A stretch of 54,941 nucleotides of DNA. Source: Nemertoderma westbladi. Lineage: Eukaryota; Animalia; Xenacoelomorpha. Position numbers and translations under genes: made by a program. Shown one piece after another: positions 50,167 through 54,941 of this stretch. Numbering within the stretch: position 1 is the first letter of the stretch; each line of letters begins with the position of its first letter. Below the pieces are notes generated by a model, which was given only the letters and a program-made list of their open reading frames with translations, did no database searches and was not told the origin of the DNA. The stretch lies in assembly GCA_032718475.1 (NCBI GenBank), contig JAUCBJ010000446.1, forward strand, positions 1 through 54,941, in the 5' to 3' direction.

Positions 50167-51842
50167 TTTTAAATTTTAGGCAATCTCATTAAGATTTGTA
50201 GAACAATTTGGGGGGGGGGGGGGGGGGGGGGGTTGATTCCAGAACGTGGTGTAGTTATGAACTTTCCAAAATAATCAATATCTTAGAAAATAGCGTCGCG
50301 CCATAGAACACGGTATAGCTACAACATAGGCACATAGGTTACAGTTACACAGTAAATTTAATACATTATATCTCCACTCACTATTTTTTTTGTTTACAAG
50401 GGGTAATAGTTTACAACAATTAAGCTTATGTCAAGAAATTGTGTTACGATTTCAGAAACTCCAAGAATGTTTCATGCTACCCGAACCCATCCACGATTCG
50501 AAACCTAGCTTCCCGTAATATCATCAATAATAAAATTTATATATGTGGAATTTTCATTTCGCAATATTGAAGTGGCATACGTATTAAATTATTCATTAAT
50601 TAACTATAAAAATTAAGCATTTCCCAACAATATGGCTACCCCCAAACATATTGCTATCCAATATTAACACGAATAAAGTGAAAGCAATATGCTTTGTGAA
50701 TTGCTCAACGAGCCATACATACATTCTAAGGATATCGACGTGATGTATGGCTGACTGCCCACCATATTGAATCTTATATATCTATATGTGGGTGAGTGTG
50801 TTGTCATAGGTCACTGAACCCTTAAGCTCAATAATGATCTCGATTATGATTACTTAAGTTGAGTTGATCCTCACGAAATGTTGTCCTCGTTGAATATCAA
50901 TAATATTGAGGTTATGGTGATCCCAGGAGGATATCTTTGGGAAAAACATTGTTCGAATTGTTCTATTCAGTCTCAAATTAATTATATTGAATATTATAAT
51001 ATACACCCGTAGTCCAGGTAGTATAAAATTAGTGCATATAAAACACAATAGCACAATAAGAAATGTCAGGTATTTTGAGTTTTTATCAGTGCTGTATGAT
51101 TATAGTAGTGTTGTCGTCTGTTAAGTGAGTGTGGGAGTATTTACGGTATGCATATAATATATGTGATTTTTGTAGGCGGGATTTGGAATATATATAACGA
51201 GAAAGCGTTGGGCAGTTACTGAAGTCAAGGGCGTGGTACATATTGTAACAGCTGTTGTTGAGGTATTTACAGAGACAGTCAGGCGTAAACTTGTGGAACG
51301 GTTTGTTGTTTTGGCATATTTTGTGAAGAAACCCGTGGGCCGAACAGTAGTTAATATGACAATATTGCGATTTTTCTATCCTGGGAGTTTACATGTTTTT
51401 TTTATTTAAATGCGGGCCAAAGTATATATATTGTTCATTGTCGACGTTTTGCGTTCGAGTTTATATTGTCTGTATTGCTCTGCTCTATTACAAATGGTCT
51501 GAAATATGTCGGTATGTTGTTTTAAAATAGTCTCTAACTGCGTTTGTTCCTTCTCCAGGCTCACCGAATTATAGTATATATGACATAAATACATATATTA
51601 GAACATATATTTATCCATAATAATATTATCGATAAATATCCCTAATATTTAGACCTAACTTACTTCTGTGGGCATGATGCATTGCATGCAGGTGCAATAG
51701 ATATACATGTATATACATACAGTGCTATTATTAATTTACTGTACATTTTACATGCAAATAAAATCAATATACTGAGTGCTATTGAAAATTTTACCCACTT
51801 CGGCTGTAATCATGCTATATTCTAGAATTGTAAATCTAGAAC

Positions 51843-52814
51843 AATGATGATGGGGTGATGATAACTCCACCTACTGGCTCCAGAAGTCGAGGAAATCCTG
51901 CTAAGTAGTACCTAACTGATCTAGACTTTGCTGATGATTTAGGAGTACTCTCAAAATCACTAGACGGAGCCCCACGGCTCCTCAGCTCATTAGAACAGGC
52001 TGCTTCTAGTGATGGTCTTTTTATTAACTCCAAAAAGACCATTATTCTGACAGTTACCTTTGAAAGTCCTCAGCAAGTCTCCAACCGGATGAGCATAAGC
52101 TCAAAGGATGGTATGCTTGAGCATGTGGACGACTTCTGTTAACTGGGATCATGGATCCGGAGGTCAGATGAGGTCCTTCGAATACGTAAGGGAAAGGCAT
52201 GGGCAGCCTTGAATAGGCTTTCCAGGATTTGGAACTCACCGAGGATTAATCGGAAACTTAAGGTCCGATTATTTAGAGCAGCAGTAGTTCCAGTACTCCG
52301 CTATGGAGTCCATGCTGGGCTCTAACTACTGAGGATACCAAATATCTAGATTTATTATAGGAAGGGCTCTAGGGGTCTTAATACAGCTTGCCAACACATT
52401 GTTACTATCAATAATCAAATCTCTAGATGGCACATTCACAAGAATGCTACGCCGGGTTCATTGTGTCAAGTACAATGCACAAATCTCCAACCAGACACTA
52501 TATAACATTGGAGGTGTCTCAATGGTTCCCCCAAGCTTGACACTAGAATAAAATCGCCTCCGCTTTGCAGGACATTGCTTTTGCCGTGAGGACCAGCCAG
52601 TGCATAATCTTGTGCTTTGGCGGCCTCAAGGAGTGAAGAGGCTTGGTGGACAGCCTATGACTTTCTTGAGACCAATCTTGAAGGGCACTGGCCTTGAAGA
52701 TGCGGATGATCTAGCAAATGTCATGGGTGATAGGGAGTTGTGGCGGCGCAATTTTGTCGACAAAATTGCATTCTTAAAATGCAGCTCAATGCAGCATGCC
52801 GATCCTAGTAGTAG
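51843..52814 (+). mobile_element. RTE-clade LINE, 5'-truncated, intronic
   Basis: Reverse complement of ~33232-34175 at high identity; (TAG)n tail; 64-bp insert at 52352-52415. Confidence 0.92.
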
Positions 52815-53559
52815 TTATATAATTCAATTTCTATATTAATTACTATCACTAACTCACTATTTATGTATGATGTACCGTGCTTAGGTTCGTGTACGATATA
52901 AATTAAATAAAATTATAAATTAAATTAAATTCAGTTGGATTTATCCATAAAACAAATTATCCATTTCAACTATCATCAATCATCAGCTGATGGAATAAGT
53001 CGAGAACCACCTTCCATGTCCTTAAGTGGGGGGGGGGGGGGGGGGGGGTGGAGGTGGGGGGGGTATACCCCCCTTCAGGTAAAATTTTCAAACTGTTGTT
53101 TCTTTATTTCACTTAGAGCAGAATTGAATGATGATTATAAATCTGAAAACCGCTTAGTGAGACATCTTTCAATTCTCGAGTTATCACTGTTTTTCCTTAT
53201 GACGGTTTGTTTGTAAAATAAAAAGAGGCAAATTAAAAATTATATAAGATAACTTTTGTAGAGTCGATGACGCTGAGTCCAATAAAGTTGGTTTCACGAA
53301 ATTTGGACCAAAATTGAGGGACTAGCAGCAATTTTAGTGAAATTATTAATTCCGCCGCCAGCCGCTAGGGGGAGACTATAAATTTTCAATGTTTACTATA
53401 AAGGCTATTTGACCTTCCATACAGTGGTTGACCATGACAAAATATCAATAGTATCATTTAACACTAATAGACAACCATTTTAAAAAAATGGTTGGGGGGG
53501 GGGGGGGGGTATACCACCCCCTTAATCAAAACCTCATCAGAATACCCAGTCTTCTCGTC

Positions 53560-54260
53560 TTGAATCAAAACATTGTTTGCATAAAATAACTAGAAATCTA
53601 AGAGAAGAATTCAACAGCTGTTCATACTATATATTTGAAATGTAGAATCCTTTAACAGCTACTTATGTATAAAGTTCACAACTTGCCTATAAACAGGAGA
53701 AAACGATGGAAGATATGATTCATAAAATCAAGCAAACATTACCTTACCGGTACATAATAATGCCGTAAGTATGCTTCTGCTGTATTCATTCAGTATCTGT
53801 ATTGTTATTTACTTCACCAGGCCCACTTTAAACTCAGAACAAATCGAAGGTGCATCGACCAACCAATCAACACATTCATCCATCACTAATTTATCTTAGT
53901 GGAACTAAGATAAGGTAGTACAGTACTTCCAGTTATGTTACCAGCAAATAAGATAACATTTATTCCACCTCATATTCAATGACGGATTCTAAGAAAATTA
54001 ATTATCTTTACAATTTCGACTCCCTTATCTGAGTCGGCCTGAATGTTGATGCTACAGGATGCAACTATGTAGGTGTACATCTATCTACTCAAGGTAAACT
54101 TATATAGGCTCTGTCACAAAGGTCAAAGGTCACACACACCATTCCTGTAGTTCGAATCACCGAAGTCACAACTGAATAATTAGCGTGATTTCTTCTATCA
54201 GACAATGACGCCAATCACACATATCTGTCCATCTTATCAATTATTGAGAATAGTAAGATG
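53560..54260 (-). mobile_element. Heavily degraded hAT (Buster/Charlie-like) transposase
   Basis: Remnants HSCIL*HQH (compare HCxxHQ), EIVKIINFLRIR and LPY in the expected order across frames. Confidence 0.5.
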
Positions 54261-54941
54261 GAATTGATAATAAATAAGTAGAGTATTTTTGGCTGTTTTT
54301 ACAGAATACTACTAAAAAATAAACCTTCGTCTATTTAATTATAACCCAAATAGAGTTAGATTGAGTTGTAATATAATATTAATATTAGAGCTTATACATA
54401 CATTGACTTTTTAAAAATTTTTTTTTTTATTTATTTTCTATTTTTTTTGGGTGACTTTTGGTGCAACAAAAATTAATTCCTCTCCAGGAGAAATTCGACC
54501 CAAATAACAGCTGATTACTCCCAAAAATAAAACTCTAACCTGTTCTAACCTGTACTTTATTGTTTTTGTTATAATAACGTGAGATTGATCAATTGAGGCA
54601 GGATATTAATCCATCGTGCGTTTGAAACTGAAACTGAAACTTTATCCTACTTGGCTAATTTGTTACTTAAAATTAAAATAATGTAATGACTTTTGATAAA
54701 TATCTGAAGTTTGCGTTTACAAATAAAAATGAAGTAGGGCACAGAAACTGACGGATTCTTAGCGTTTCGCAAACATCCCATTCGTCGCGTCTATGTATTG
54801 CCTATATATGTAATTTAGCTCATATTTATCAACTTTCTGTAATTTGCTTATACCATTAAATCCCCATGTCATAACCCATGTTGATGCATCTAAATGTGGT
54901 AGAATGATCTGTGTCGATAACAGATTAGTATTCAACCATCA

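Noticed and set aside
51170-51330. Acceptor-like TTTTGTAG as VWA5B1 exon 5
   Set aside because: Does not encode the expected RCxSFGIG continuation.

Overview
AT-rich, repeat-dense eukaryotic (invertebrate-like) genomic DNA. The left 14 kb is a recent, near-identical tandem duplication of a ~5.2 kb cassette (731-5895 and 7584-14228). The cassette starts inside a long perfect palindrome. It carries an 86-bp tandem repeat and an intronless gene for a 252-aa secreted, 10-Cys, probably GPI-anchored protein with a Ly6/uPAR-like Cys pattern; copy 2 of this gene is disrupted by a piggyBac-type TTAA MITE. The middle (14-38 kb) is nested transposon debris: three decayed Ty3/Gypsy elements, RTE-clade LINE insertions (one only 17 nt long, one fused to a tRNA-Gly-like head), Helentron/DINE-like rolling-circle elements and several MITEs. 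The right part holds the first four coding exons of a VWA5B1-like gene (+ strand), which continues beyond the window. All family calls come from motifs recognised by eye; no database search was run.
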